Positions 34,101-43,836 of a DNA stretch of 64,000 nucleotides are shown here, in pieces. The translations under genes were made by a program, and so were the position numbers. The stretch is from a virus. Location: the IMG/VR virus record IMGVR_UViG_3300012931_000667, positions 1 through 64,000 of that record, one strand, 5' to 3'. A model generated the notes under the pieces. That model had not been told where the DNA came from. It was given only the letters and a program-made list of their open reading frames with translations, and searched no databases. The stretch's first letter is position 1. Each line of letters begins with the position of its first letter.

Positions 34101-34180
34101 CCATACTTTTTATATAAAGAATAATTTAAAGTATTCTTTACTCTTTTAACTGAAGCATTAATACCAGAGTCTTCAAACAT
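31169..34180 (-). CDS. nrdD: Anaerobic (class III) ribonucleotide reductase, intein-containing
   Basis: IHD, PYC, SPFTNISLFD, YTFPV, SSC|CRL, EQVPGE, YSNQF, GGSI, C-terminal Zn motif and glycyl-radical loop TRVVGF. Likely start is MFEDS at 34180 with an RBS. Confidence 0.92.
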   Translation of the reverse strand: MFEDSGINASVKRVKNTLNYSLYKKYGIVNDDITEKILKMHGLSKDNFDFINNIELLTNSNLADTSLDTNANKSGKTLAGLQYESSIPLYKMVGYRALYRKIKDLYGKKEAKKLTGEMYDMSLAIHDSGKLLLPYCWAFDASKIVIQGVPFGQLKSNPPHRVSSYIDSLKEIIHQMSSQLAGAIAIGTFFFDICHVLYYREKVTLEQLQESKELQKYIINCYQTFVHSVNNPMSRNNIESPFTNISLFDREKLKNLLAKDNMGWYFEKIDINYIIEYIIYLEKLYMDFFDKGDPLSNGKPYTFPVSTVNLSRKNINGVIDVVDKDFEKEYCKHDVYRYHTYVSEGNKISSCCFDEDTKVLIYSTNGVEEKKLKEVYEMPKNGINLRIFHNGNWLFGNPIKVNRENKKMYKIITSNKKEMIVTEDHIFLTLEKDKKVCELTEDDYLLFNNNLLNESTPGRYNKKSILTYEQGILIGSYLGDGSSYKNKDNNGTIICFSLNLKKDKELIPIFEIALKQLGINKNIYKNELKNNCYNVCIHDINLYNFIKYWVYGNYSYEKELNLECLLESKDFRKGILKGLYLTDGGNSNRIYSSSKKLISNMETLLTSLGKVSCIDCVDRTNEKVFIRDNFYNRNYPSYSIRWYDRKSKRKQENVYIFRNGNIYFKINSIEEIKEYNKESVYCFEMRNKEEPYFTLPNGVITHNCRLLSDADMFNLGGLSNSFGGSAISLGSHRVVLINFNRIALEATDYDSFFKILSERIDDATKILYSHRKMLQDTIDKGMQPLMTLGWIQLKKMFSTYGIIGLTETKETMLKKFGDFNKDLIEESLKLLNDKASYWTNELKTPFNIEQVPGETMAIRLTQIDKLIYGESCVPYELYSNQFIPLWEDKSIWERMEIDGKYQKLYTGGSICFFNLGEKTTTTQNKKIIDYAIKSGCELFALNSVYSECVDGHSSFGKQKICPICGKEITDYLTRVVGFYTKISGWNITRRNWEFPRRQFKAID
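32072..33127 (-). mobile_element. Intein (352 aa) with LAGLIDADG endonuclease in nrdD
   Basis: Starts CFDEDTKV, block B VTEDHIF, motifs LIGSYLGDGS and ILKGLYLTDGG, ends ITHN followed by Cys. Confidence 0.92.
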
Positions 34181-34181
34181 A

Positions 34182-34745
34182 CTATTCGTTTTCTCCCTTG
34201 AATGTATAATAGTTATCAATCGATATTTGATTAAAATTAGAATCATATAACTTTTGATTTTTAGATGCAAAAATTAATTGATTATTTACTTTACCCATAC
34301 TATTATCTTTTAATTCCTCTATATATTTTCCACATTTATAAAATTGTGCTCCATATATTCCCATATCCATAACTTCATTAATTAAATATCCAGTATAAAT
34401 ACATATATCAAACTTTTTATTACTAAAATTAATGTTTAATAAACTTTTTATAAAATTTCTATTATCAATAAATAAAGGATCACCACCTTCAAATACTATT
34501 TTATTTGTATGTTGTTTGTTACATTCCCTTTCTAAAGCAAACCAAAAATCATAATAATCATAATCTTGATCATTTAAATCAATAATTATATCTTTACTTT
34601 GTTCACAACTATAATTATAATTTTGAAATTCTTTATTATGACAATTTTTACAATTATGCTCACATCCTAATGTATAAACTACAACAGCATTGTCTTGTGA
34701 AGGATAATCTTGCCAAGAAACAGAAAAGGGATAAACTACTTTCAT
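34182..34745 (-). CDS. nrdG: Anaerobic RNR activating enzyme (radical SAM)
   Basis: GCEHNCKNCHN (CxxxCxxC), GGDPL, IYTGY, SKNQ; adjacent to nrdD. Start reassigned to MKVVYPF. Confidence 0.88.
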   Translation of the reverse strand: MKVVYPFSVSWQDYPSQDNAVVVYTLGCEHNCKNCHNKEFQNYNYSCEQSKDIIIDLNDQDYDYYDFWFALERECNKQHTNKIVFEGGDPLFIDNRNFIKSLLNINFSNKKFDICIYTGYLINEVMDMGIYGAQFYKCGKYIEELKDNSMGKVNNQLIFASKNQKLYDSNFNQISIDNYYTFKGENE

Positions 34746-34968
34746 TCTATTATTGGTTTCCCATCTATATCTTGTAGTATTAATGCATTGATACAAAAAT
34801 TAGTATAAACATCATTACCTATATAAGCTAATGGAAATTTCTGATTTTCTTTAAATTCTATTTTTTGTAATAGTCCTGATTCATAATAATTTGGCTACTT
34901 GTTAATATTTTGTATGATACTTTTTTACCTATAAAAGATTCTAATTTCTTTAATTCTTCTTCAAACAT
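34742..34968 (-). pseudogene. Small gene apparently split by a frameshift
   Basis: MFEEELKKLESF... starts with an RBS. A second frame (NYYESGLLQKIEF...PIIE*) ends overlapping the nrdG ATG. Confidence 0.45.
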
Positions 34969-34988
34969 AATATTCCTTTTTATTATTT

Positions 34989-35017
34989 AGTGTATCAGAT
35001 AATAGTAGTAATGTCAA
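34989..35017 (-). promoter_or_regulatory. Sigma70-type promoter for the nrdG-nrdD unit
   Basis: TTGACA-N17-TACACT with extended TG. Confidence 0.7.
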
Positions 35018-37096
35018 CTAACTGTTAACTATTAAATTAAATTTACTGCTTATTTCCTCTAATGCTGATTTATATCCACCTTTATCATTTTTAATAATTT
35101 CTTTTTCCTCATTATATACAAAATCCGCATTGTCTGTAGCAAAAGAATCTGCTAAAGCAATACTAGCTACTACAGCATCAGATAAGTCTTTACCAAAATA
35201 TCCACATTGAGAAGTTTCCCAATTTTCATTTAGTAAATCAATCCATTCCCCTTGAACATGGTCTACTTTAAATTTTCCTGATTTAGGTGTTTTACTATTA
35301 ACTAAAGATTTTAAATTATTTTTCATTACTAAGTTTTTACCCATTTTAACTCTTCCAGTTTGTAAGTAAGATACAAAAGACATGTAAGGTTCAGGTGAAC
35401 GATCTACAGAGAAGTCTATAACATCAATATCATGTCTAATTAATGATTGTTTAGCTGAAGAGGATTGATATTGATCAAAACTAACTTTTTTAATATTAAT
35501 ATTCCCATATTTTACTAAATCTAATATTAAAAATTTAAATGCATCTAGGTTTATATCCTCTTTAGTTCTATAAATAGCTAATGAAAAATCTACAATATAT
35601 ACTTTTTCATTTTTTAGATTACGTTCTATATGTGACATAGCAAAAGCCGCCATATCATGTTTTTCTGCTAAGTCTATTGATATAAATCTTTCAATTTTAG
35701 GATTACGATAGAAATCATAGTGATTCCCTTGACCTGAATAAATAAAGAATTTTTTCTTTACTATATCCCATAGTAATCCTTCAGGAGGTAATGATACAGG
35801 AGCATGTTCATACATATAAAAATTCTTTAATGATAGTGTAAACATGCTCTCTATTAAATCTATATTTGATATGAATTTAGCATCTGTTCCTGATGGTCTA
35901 CCACCATAATCTTTTATTACTTTTGATAATCCATCAATAGCTAATTGTTTTATATCAATAGGAAAATCTAATACTTCTTCATTTTTGTATAAATCAGAAT
36001 TTAATGATTCTTCTTTATCTATTATTCTAGGTGCTTTAGAAGAATTACCTAAATAAACTGAAAAAGTTTCTCCAGTTTTCTCCCAGATTGGAAACAAATT
36101 GGGTTGTAATCCCCATTTACTTCCCATTAACCTTAATACACTAGGATCTTTTATACTATCATAATAAATATATCTATCTACAGGATTATTTAAATCATTA
36201 GGAGAACTATCTATTATTGTTCTAGCTAAATAATGATTACTAAACCTAGAATAAACACGCCCTTTAGCATCAGTTAATAACCTCATAGCAGTTTCAGATT
36301 TCATTCCTTTTTCTTGCATAAAGGCTAACTCTACTAAAGCACAATTAATCATATTTAATCCTAACATATTAGAAGGTTCACTAATAACATGAAAGTGTAA
36401 ATCACCTACTCTAAATATAGCATTACCTTGTGTAGCAGTTGTATAATATATTGTATCTAAGTCTTCTTTTACTTTTCTTAATAATTGATCTTCTTTTGTA
36501 CATCTATAAAATTTAGTACTAGTACTCATAGTATTCATTAATGGTTTAATTGTTAAATCTATTGCCATATCTTGTGTTAATGATACTACTCCAGTAACAA
36601 TATAAGTAGCGGCAGAAAGTTTAAAAAATTGTTTATAATCTCGTAGATAGTAAACTATAGTAGATACATATAATAATATTAATGAACATAACAAACTTTT
36701 TCCTGTACCAATAGGATAATATAAAGCTAAATTTCTATATAAAGAGTTAGGATTAAAAAAATCTAAGAATGCTTTTTTAATATGTGGATATAAACTATCA
36801 GCAGTTGGACCTATCCAATAATCAGTTAGGAACTCTTCTGGTGACGGAGGTTTACGAGTATAATTAACTTTCCACATATTATTAATGTAATCAGCTTTTT
36901 TATCATCACATACTTTTTCATCTAATAATATTATTTTAAAAGCTTCATTTAAACTTTCAATTTCTGATTTTGAAAATATTTCAGACTTTAATATACCCTT
37001 TAAATAATCTTTCTCTTTAGAATCCTCAAAATTAGGATGATTTAATACATCCTTTTCCATATCAATTAAATTTTTAAATTCTCTAGTATCCATCAC
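35018..37096 (-). CDS. Terminase large subunit
   Basis: Walker A PIGTGKS, IDSSP, RNase H-like nuclease motifs ISIDLA..D, SFDQYQS, VDH...KDLSDAV. Confidence 0.75.
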   Translation of the reverse strand: MMDTREFKNLIDMEKDVLNHPNFEDSKEKDYLKGILKSEIFSKSEIESLNEAFKIILLDEKVCDDKKADYINNMWKVNYTRKPPSPEEFLTDYWIGPTADSLYPHIKKAFLDFFNPNSLYRNLALYYPIGTGKSLLCSLILLYVSTIVYYLRDYKQFFKLSAATYIVTGVVSLTQDMAIDLTIKPLMNTMSTSTKFYRCTKEDQLLRKVKEDLDTIYYTTATQGNAIFRVGDLHFHVISEPSNMLGLNMINCALVELAFMQEKGMKSETAMRLLTDAKGRVYSRFSNHYLARTIIDSSPNDLNNPVDRYIYYDSIKDPSVLRLMGSKWGLQPNLFPIWEKTGETFSVYLGNSSKAPRIIDKEESLNSDLYKNEEVLDFPIDIKQLAIDGLSKVIKDYGGRPSGTDAKFISNIDLIESMFTLSLKNFYMYEHAPVSLPPEGLLWDIVKKKFFIYSGQGNHYDFYRNPKIERFISIDLAEKHDMAAFAMSHIERNLKNEKVYIVDFSLAIYRTKEDINLDAFKFLILDLVKYGNINIKKVSFDQYQSSSAKQSLIRHDIDVIDFSVDRSPEPYMSFVSYLQTGRVKMGKNLVMKNNLKSLVNSKTPKSGKFKVDHVQGEWIDLLNENWETSQCGYFGKDLSDAVVASIALADSFATDNADFVYNEEKEIIKNDKGGYKSALEEISSKFNLIVNS

Positions 37097-37158
37097 TATC
37101 CTTATAAATTAAAAATACTACTACTTAAATAGTAGAATTAATAATTATTTTATTACTA

Positions 37159-37752
37159 TTAAAAATGTCCTTGCATAACTACAAAATAATCATCCATTTT
37201 ATCAGCTTCAAATTCACCATTTATTTGATTATCACTTATTAGTCTTGCCCAATCAAAATAACCTTCACCATTAACTTTTTCTAATTGTTTCTTTAAATCA
37301 GGAAAAAAGTTATCTGCATATTCCTCTACCCATGTTTCAGGATAATTATTACCATAATTACCTATTAACCAATTATCTCTTTTAGCATCATACACTTCTA
37401 CATTATCAATATAGTCATTAATATTAGTTCCTGAACCAGCATTTTCAATAATAAACCCTGCTTTAATACCAAATTCATCATCAGCAAAAACTTTATCAAT
37501 AATTTTTTTATCTAATAGTCCTTTTTTATCAGTAAGAATATCTTTCCAATTAATATTACCAGGGGATTCTATACCCTCTACCCATATATCATCAATCCAT
37601 ATTTCTCCTACATCAATTTGTTGTTTACGAATATCTTCCCATGCAGAATCAAAAATAGCATCTAAATCATTAGAATTCTTTTCATCTACATATTGAGTAG
37701 ATGAACCTATAGAAGATACATACATTACTACTATTTTCTTTTTACTTGACAT
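37159..37752 (-). CDS. Acidic protein with ArdA-like C-terminus
   Basis: D/E-rich; EEYADN...GYFDWARLISD resembles the ArdA YFDYExxxRD motif. Confidence 0.4.
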   Translation of the reverse strand: MSSKKKIVVMYVSSIGSSTQYVDEKNSNDLDAIFDSAWEDIRKQQIDVGEIWIDDIWVEGIESPGNINWKDILTDKKGLLDKKIIDKVFADDEFGIKAGFIIENAGSGTNINDYIDNVEVYDAKRDNWLIGNYGNNYPETWVEEYADNFFPDLKKQLEKVNGEGYFDWARLISDNQINGEFEADKMDDYFVVMQGHF

Positions 37753-37768
37753 TAATATAAACTCCTAC

Positions 37769-38092
37769 TTACTTAGCAAAATTAGGACTACGATTAGTAA
37801 TAAACCTCTTTAATTCATCAATTGTAGGTATTTTCCAATCTTTATTATATTGAGATTTAATGTAATCTTCAGCATCTTTTTTTACTTCTAATGGATTAGT
37901 TACCCCATCAAAAAATCCATTATTTTCAGCTTGAACCATTAATGGATTAATCATTTTAGATACCTCTTCTACAGACATGCATTGTCCAGTTTCTTTATTA
38001 ATAAGATGCTTAGGATCATCTTGTTCTAATAGATAATTAATACCTTTTTTAATCTTATAATTTTCAATATAGTACTCTTTTGTTGTTTCCAT
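37769..38092 (-). CDS. Hypothetical protein
   Basis: ORF with RBS and upstream TAACTATTTA. Confidence 0.55.
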   Translation of the reverse strand: METTKEYYIENYKIKKGINYLLEQDDPKHLINKETGQCMSVEEVSKMINPLMVQAENNGFFDGVTNPLEVKKDAEDYIKSQYNKDWKIPTIDELKRFITNRSPNFAK

Positions 38093-38135
38093 AAAATATC
38101 CTACTTAAATAGTTAAAAAAATATAAAAAGAAAGA

Positions 38136-38945
38136 TTATTTATAGTTTCTAATAATAATTTCAGATTCCTTTTGATTACTTTTTATAGAAGAATTTCTCA
38201 TACCATAGGTAACTTCTATTTTATTAATATAAAAATTAGAGTATAAATCTCTAATATAATTAGAATCATCATAAGATAAACACCATTTATGATTACAATT
38301 TTTTAAATTTTCATATAAGGTAATATGATTAAAATTATTTTGTAATATCCCTTTTTTTCCATATAATTTCTTTACTGAATAATATGGTGGATCAATATAA
38401 ATAAAAGTATTATTATTAGTATTATAAAGAAATTTACTATAATCATCATTATTAATTTCTACATTTTTTAATAAAGAAGATGCAAATTTTAATCTTTCAA
38501 TACTAGAAATTGTAAATCTTTTTTCATATGATTCTTGAGAATACCCTCCTGCTTCTAATATGCCAGAAAAAGTAATTCTATTTAATATAAAAAACAATGT
38601 TGCAATTTCTAAATCATTAGTTGAAATAGAAATTTTATTAATAATATAATTATATAAGTCTTTACCATTAGTATACTTATTTTTTAATTCATAGACATTA
38701 TTATATAATTGATCATAATTTTCCTTTAATTGTTTCCAAAATATAAATAAATATGAATATAAATCATTTACAATAATTTTTGATGGTTTATACTGTTGTA
38801 GAACATATAATAAAGAAGAAGCTCCCCCTAGAAAAGGTTCTATATATTCATCAAAATTATCTGGAAAATAAGGTACTATATACTTTAATAATTTTGATTT
38901 TCCACCTGGATATCTAAGAGGACTTTTTATATATTTTGTCAACAT
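38136..38945 (-). CDS. DNA adenine methyltransferase (Dam/D12 class)
   Basis: KSPLRYPGGKS, EPFLGG, IVND, IDPPY. Confidence 0.92.
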   Translation of the reverse strand: MLTKYIKSPLRYPGGKSKLLKYIVPYFPDNFDEYIEPFLGGASSLLYVLQQYKPSKIIVNDLYSYLFIFWKQLKENYDQLYNNVYELKNKYTNGKDLYNYIINKISISTNDLEIATLFFILNRITFSGILEAGGYSQESYEKRFTISSIERLKFASSLLKNVEINNDDYSKFLYNTNNNTFIYIDPPYYSVKKLYGKKGILQNNFNHITLYENLKNCNHKWCLSYDDSNYIRDLYSNFYINKIEVTYGMRNSSIKSNQKESEIIIRNYK

Positions 38946-39480
38946 ACACTACCTTTTTCTTTCCTTTTAAGTAATCTAATTTTGGTTCTTCAAATATAAT
39001 ATTCTTTATTTGACAGGGGGGATATATTCTAGCAGTTTTTTCATCACTTTTAATAGTACAAAAAAATACCCAAGAATCTAGTTTTTCTAAAATTGGGTCA
39101 TGTCGTGGATAATTTTGAAAAACCCAAGATATACCATATTTTTCTCCTTGTCCAGCAGATTGAGATTTTACAGCATAACCAATAGTATCTATATATAAGT
39201 CAGAATCAAAACTTTTGCCATACTGATTATATATAGTAAAATCAGGTTCTTCTATAGTAGTAAACTTTCTTTTAAGAATATTATATACTGCTACTTCTCC
39301 TAACTTTGATATATAATGATCAAATTTAATTTTATTTATATTATTTTGATTTGTATCAGAATAATTAGTTGTTTTTACAACTTCTTTAGCAAAATCATAA
39401 CATTTAATTCTATCTTCTTCAGAAAGAGAATAAAGAATAGGTAATTTCCAAGAAAGTAACATATTATTAATATCTTCCAT
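38914..39480 (-). CDS. Hypothetical protein, possible PD-(D/E)XK nuclease fold
   Basis: KLGEVAV...DSDL...AVKSQ pattern; overlaps the start of the methyltransferase. Confidence 0.35.
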   Translation of the reverse strand: MEDINNMLLSWKLPILYSLSEEDRIKCYDFAKEVVKTTNYSDTNQNNINKIKFDHYISKLGEVAVYNILKRKFTTIEEPDFTIYNQYGKSFDSDLYIDTIGYAVKSQSAGQGEKYGISWVFQNYPRHDPILEKLDSWVFFCTIKSDEKTARIYPPCQIKNIIFEEPKLDYLKGKKKVVYVDKIYKKSS

Positions 39481-39509
39481 ACTTTATTAATTCCTTACTA
39501 TTTTATAAA

Positions 39510-39540
39510 TAAAGAGCACTTTTTATATAAGTGCTCTTTA
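39510..39540. terminator. Hairpin terminator
   Basis: TAAAGAGCACTT / AAGTGCTCTTTA perfect 12-bp inverted repeat with T-rich flanks. Confidence 0.7.
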
Positions 39541-39572
39541 TTATTTTTTAAATGTATTTTTACTTAATTCTA

Positions 39573-40928
39573 TTAGTATTCAGCACCACAATAAATACAT
39601 ACCTTAGCAGCATTAGGAATTTCCTCTCCGCACTTATCATCTCCGCAAGTAGCCATATCATCAGTATTCCATATAATTTCTTGATTCTCTACATCAATTT
39701 TTTTGATTAGTGCTAACTCTTCTGGTTTATTCTTAATTAATTCTAATCCGGGCCATAGTGTAATCATTGTATCAGTAATATCAGTAGCTTTTAATGATTC
39801 TACTTCTTTCTTAGGAACTTTCTTAACAGGCTTCTCTTCCTTTACTTCTTTTTCAGGTTCAGTAGGAAGATCATCACCTTCAGGACTATCACTCATTTCC
39901 TCTTTGTTTTGTTTAGTTGTAGGTGAACTAGAACCCATGAAATTACTAGTCTCTTTATCCTTTTTTTCTTGTTCCCATAACTCTTTTTCTACTGCTTTTA
40001 ATTCTACTAATTGTTCATATACATTAGAACCATAAGCTTTATCAACATCTTTAATATATGTTCCTAGTTTCTTTAATATAATACCAGCAGGAGTAGGTTT
40101 AGAAACAAAAGGAACATTTTCTAATGAATATCGTTCATAAGCTTTTTCTTCATCAGTTATTTCACCTTCTACAATAACAGAATAGTAATCTTTCTTATCT
40201 TTTTCTGACCATCGAGTAATAGCTGTTTTTTCTTCTTTCCAGTAAATTGAAGAATTTGTTTGATCATCTGGACGAGTTTTTTCATCATAACGACGAATTA
40301 CTAAATCTACATATTCAAAATGATCACCAATCTCTGTACACTTCTTATCAAAGATAGATGAATAAAGAGAACTATGAATTCCATTCTCATAATATACTTT
40401 ACCATCTTTTTCAGTAGTACACCATGATAGTAATTTAGAATGTTTGTTTTCTTTGCACCAATCATCCATACGATCAATACAATTAATTAATACTACTGAT
40501 TTAGGATCAAAACCATTTTTAATGGCTGTTTGTTGGTTATTAGTAAGCCATCGAATTAGTAATGGATCACCATCATGATCATATTCAGGACCACCTTTTT
40601 TATTATTAAGTTCTTTATTCCACTTATATTTAGCAACAGTTTTCTTTAGATTCCACATAGGCCAATCATTATCTTCTGTATTCCAGATTAATGTAAACCA
40701 AGTATTATCATCAGCTTTAATTAATGATCGTTTAATTTGTAATGGATCAGTAGGATTCTTTCTAGTTTCTACTGATTCTCCTAATAGTCTTACAACTACA
40801 CATTTATTTTGTCCAATATCAACAAATTCATATTTAGGCATTTCAAAAGAACCAAAACCACCTTTTTCATCTAATGCCTTTTTTCTTGCATCTTGAGCCG
40901 CCTTAAACCTTTCTTCTCTTGTACTCAT
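39573..40928 (-). CDS. Putative single-stranded DNA-binding protein (gp32-like) with acidic linker and C-terminal zinc ribbon
   Basis: VVRLLG N-terminal pattern, D/E/P-rich linker, terminal Cys pairs, replication context. Start reassigned to MSTREE with an AAGGAG RBS. Confidence 0.4.
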   Translation of the reverse strand: MSTREERFKAAQDARKKALDEKGGFGSFEMPKYEFVDIGQNKCVVVRLLGESVETRKNPTDPLQIKRSLIKADDNTWFTLIWNTEDNDWPMWNLKKTVAKYKWNKELNNKKGGPEYDHDGDPLLIRWLTNNQQTAIKNGFDPKSVVLINCIDRMDDWCKENKHSKLLSWCTTEKDGKVYYENGIHSSLYSSIFDKKCTEIGDHFEYVDLVIRRYDEKTRPDDQTNSSIYWKEEKTAITRWSEKDKKDYYSVIVEGEITDEEKAYERYSLENVPFVSKPTPAGIILKKLGTYIKDVDKAYGSNVYEQLVELKAVEKELWEQEKKDKETSNFMGSSSPTTKQNKEEMSDSPEGDDLPTEPEKEVKEEKPVKKVPKKEVESLKATDITDTMITLWPGLELIKNKPEELALIKKIDVENQEIIWNTDDMATCGDDKCGEEIPNAAKVCIYCGAEY

Positions 40929-40991
40929 ACTTTCTCCTTTTTTTGTGCTATGCACTACTTTATTTTTTGCTCTATGAGCATTAATACATAG

Positions 40992-41557
40992 TTAAAATAT
41001 AAAATTAATTACATTCTTATAATCATTAGATTGATAAATAATTTGACCTTCATTATTGTAAACCAAAAAGTAATACCCTTTAGACATATCATATTGATAG
41101 TAATCAGATAAACAAGCATTTTCTTCTAAAGAAACATCAATAATATAAACCATTATACTATGTTTCTTACAATCAGTTAAAAACTCATTAAAACTTTTAC
41201 TAATTTCTTGTCCAACACTCCAAATAACTAATGTATAATCATTTTTAAATGTTGTAGGATCAAAAGTTTCTGATGTTAAATACTTCATGGTAATTCTTCT
41301 TTATCCCCTTCTTTATTAATATCTTCAATTTCATTCTGACCTTTAAGCATATCACCAAGAATAATAGATAAATAGTCTATAACAGAATAACTTAGTTCTT
41401 TAACAGGAATTTCATTATGAAAAGATTTATAATCCTTTCTAAAAAATCCCATTTTTAATATAGACTCTCCATCATCACTTGATTTTAATTCCAATATAAT
41501 TCTCTGCATACTAGGATGTTCTAGAATTACAGAAAATTGTTGTAATCCTTCATTCAA
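40992..41557 (-). CDS. Two hypothetical proteins (40992-41288, 41285-41557)
   Basis: Overlapping ORFs. Confidence 0.5.
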
Positions 41558-41573
41558 GATAAGTACCTTCCTT

Positions 41574-42851
41574 CTAAATAAAATTTCTACTTATAATTTC
41601 AACAGTAGGCTTTAATTCATTATGTACATTATAGGTTTCTAATTCTTCACTAATTTGATATCCATCAACACCATTAGTATTTTGTAAATCAATTTTAATA
41701 GCATTTACTGATAAATCGTTATCTACTAAGTATAAATTTTGACTAGCACGAGAATTATACATTAAATCATTTGAGTATGCATTACCTCCACATAAAGATG
41801 ATGATCGATAACTAAAATCAGTTAAACAAGCAGAATGATAATGCCCATAAAAAACACCATGGATAGAAATTCCTTCATATAAATACTTAGTTATTATTTG
41901 TGCTATAGACTTATCAATGGTTAATTGAGATTTAAAGTTATGTCCATGTAGTAGTAATGCATTGTAACCATTTTCCATTTTTACTATAGATTGCAAATTA
42001 TTCTTAGGTTTAATAAACTTAAAATTTGGGTATTTACCACTAAGCATTAAGTTTATATTATTACAAATTAAGTAATCCCAATTTTCAGAACTTAATATAT
42101 CTGTTGACTCCATCTCTTCATTAATTCTAGACTCATTACCAACACAAAAAGTAAAATATACTTTATATTTTTGTAATAATTCTAGTATTACTTGTTCTAA
42201 TAGTACTGTTGCTAATAAGGAAGCCCTAACTAAAGAAGAATTTTGTGCTAATTTTTCTGATAACCTTCTTTGAGAATTTACAAGATCGCCACTACACAAA
42301 ATGTATACAGTAGAACAGTTATAAAAGTCAAGAAGTTTTATAGACTCTGTAACATATTTTTTTAATCTTTTTGAAGCAATATTAAAATCATAACCATTAC
42401 CAAAACTTTCTTCAGGATATATTAATTCATTTAAATGTAAATCTGATAAATGTATGATACCAATTTTACCACCACTATTTATATTTGTGATATCTCTAAT
42501 TTTTATTTTAGGTAATTCAATTTTTTTAAGTAAGGATACATACTCACTATAAGTACTTTCTAGTATATTATATAATCTATAACTTTCTCTATTTTCTTTT
42601 CGTACTACATTATTTATATCTTGTAACTTTGTTTTTTGTGCATCAAGTTTTACAAAGGATTCTTCTGAAAAATCTAATTGTTCATTATTTCTTATTAATT
42701 CTTCATATGCTCTTCTTACTATTCTTTTATAAGATTCTAATGAATAATTACTATTAGTTTCATTAACACAAATTTCATATAAATCATAAATTACTTTTTT
42801 ATCAAAATTGTTTTCTCTAAGTTTTTGTTTTATCCAACTATAACAATTCAT
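41574..42851 (-). CDS. Calcineurin-like metallophosphoesterase/nuclease with N-terminal coiled coil
   Basis: HLSDLH, GDL, GNE, HGH, GHYH. Confidence 0.75.
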   Translation of the reverse strand: MNCYSWIKQKLRENNFDKKVIYDLYEICVNETNSNYSLESYKRIVRRAYEELIRNNEQLDFSEESFVKLDAQKTKLQDINNVVRKENRESYRLYNILESTYSEYVSLLKKIELPKIKIRDITNINSGGKIGIIHLSDLHLNELIYPEESFGNGYDFNIASKRLKKYVTESIKLLDFYNCSTVYILCSGDLVNSQRRLSEKLAQNSSLVRASLLATVLLEQVILELLQKYKVYFTFCVGNESRINEEMESTDILSSENWDYLICNNINLMLSGKYPNFKFIKPKNNLQSIVKMENGYNALLLHGHNFKSQLTIDKSIAQIITKYLYEGISIHGVFYGHYHSACLTDFSYRSSSLCGGNAYSNDLMYNSRASQNLYLVDNDLSVNAIKIDLQNTNGVDGYQISEELETYNVHNELKPTVEIISRNFI

Positions 42852-42861
42852 AAATAAATAG

Positions 42862-43836
42862 TTATCCTCTTTCTTTTTGTATTCCTTCTAGCATTGAATC
42901 TAATAAATCCATATTACTTTCTTTATACTTTATTCTAGAATCCATTAATCCTATTAAATTTAATGACTCATAAATTATTCTTAATTTATCCTCTTTGTAA
43001 TAACACTTTATTTCATTAGACCTTAAATCAATTTCACCTAGTTCTACGACAGTAACAAGATTCCAATTTAATTGTAATTTACCTATTTCTTTTTTAAATT
43101 TAGCTTTCCATCCTAAATCTAAATAAGAAATATTATTAATATTAAATATTAATTGATCCATAGTTGAAAATTGATCAATTAATTTTAAGAATAGCTGTTG
43201 AGGTAAAGTAGGAATAGCCCCTATAATATTATCTGAAACATCACCATAAAAGCATTTATTAAAACAGATATTAGAGTAGGTAGGCTTATAATTAAATACC
43301 TCTTCAAATTTATCTATATCATATATTAATTTATCTTGTAAATAGAGTTGATCAACATTTGTGTTTATTCCTCTAAACCAATCTTGATCCCCACTAATAA
43401 GAAGAACATTCTTATCTTTATTTTGGGCGTAATCAATTATATATGAAACATAGTCATCAGCTTCAAGAAATTTTTGTCTGTATATGAAGCTATTATTTCT
43501 ATAAAAATGTAGTATTAGTTCTAAATTATCTAATGATTTATAAAACCATTCTGGTTGTTCTGCTCTAGTTTTTTTATAGTTTTCATCTAATGATTTTCTA
43601 TATTTTTGTATAGAAGATTTAGCATTATCAAAAAGCCAATATATTATTAACTCATCATTATTTTCAGCATATTTTTTAATATAGGAATCCATCATCTTAA
43701 AGAACATTAATATTCCTTCAAGATGGTATTCCTCTTTACCTTTTTTCACTATTTGTTGACACTCATTTCCATAAGTGGAATGAAACATCATATTATAAAC
43801 ATCAACAATAAATATATTATACTTTTTTTCAATCAT
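42862..43836 (-). CDS. 5'-3' exonuclease / flap endonuclease (T4 RNase H-like)
   Basis: IVDVYN, YKKTR, EADD, SGDQD, GDVSDNI. Confidence 0.85.
   Translation of the reverse strand: MIEKKYNIFIVDVYNMMFHSTYGNECQQIVKKGKEEYHLEGILMFFKMMDSYIKKYAENNDELIIYWLFDNAKSSIQKYRKSLDENYKKTRAEQPEWFYKSLDNLELILHFYRNNSFIYRQKFLEADDYVSYIIDYAQNKDKNVLLISGDQDWFRGINTNVDQLYLQDKLIYDIDKFEEVFNYKPTYSNICFNKCFYGDVSDNIIGAIPTLPQQLFLKLIDQFSTMDQLIFNINNISYLDLGWKAKFKKEIGKLQLNWNLVTVVELGEIDLRSNEIKCYYKEDKLRIIYESLNLIGLMDSRIKYKESNMDLLDSMLEGIQKERG

Noticed and set aside
34181-34270. N-terminal extension of NrdD given by the ORF track
   Set aside because: It overlaps nrdG. The ATG at 34180 has a good RBS and follows the nrdG stop directly.
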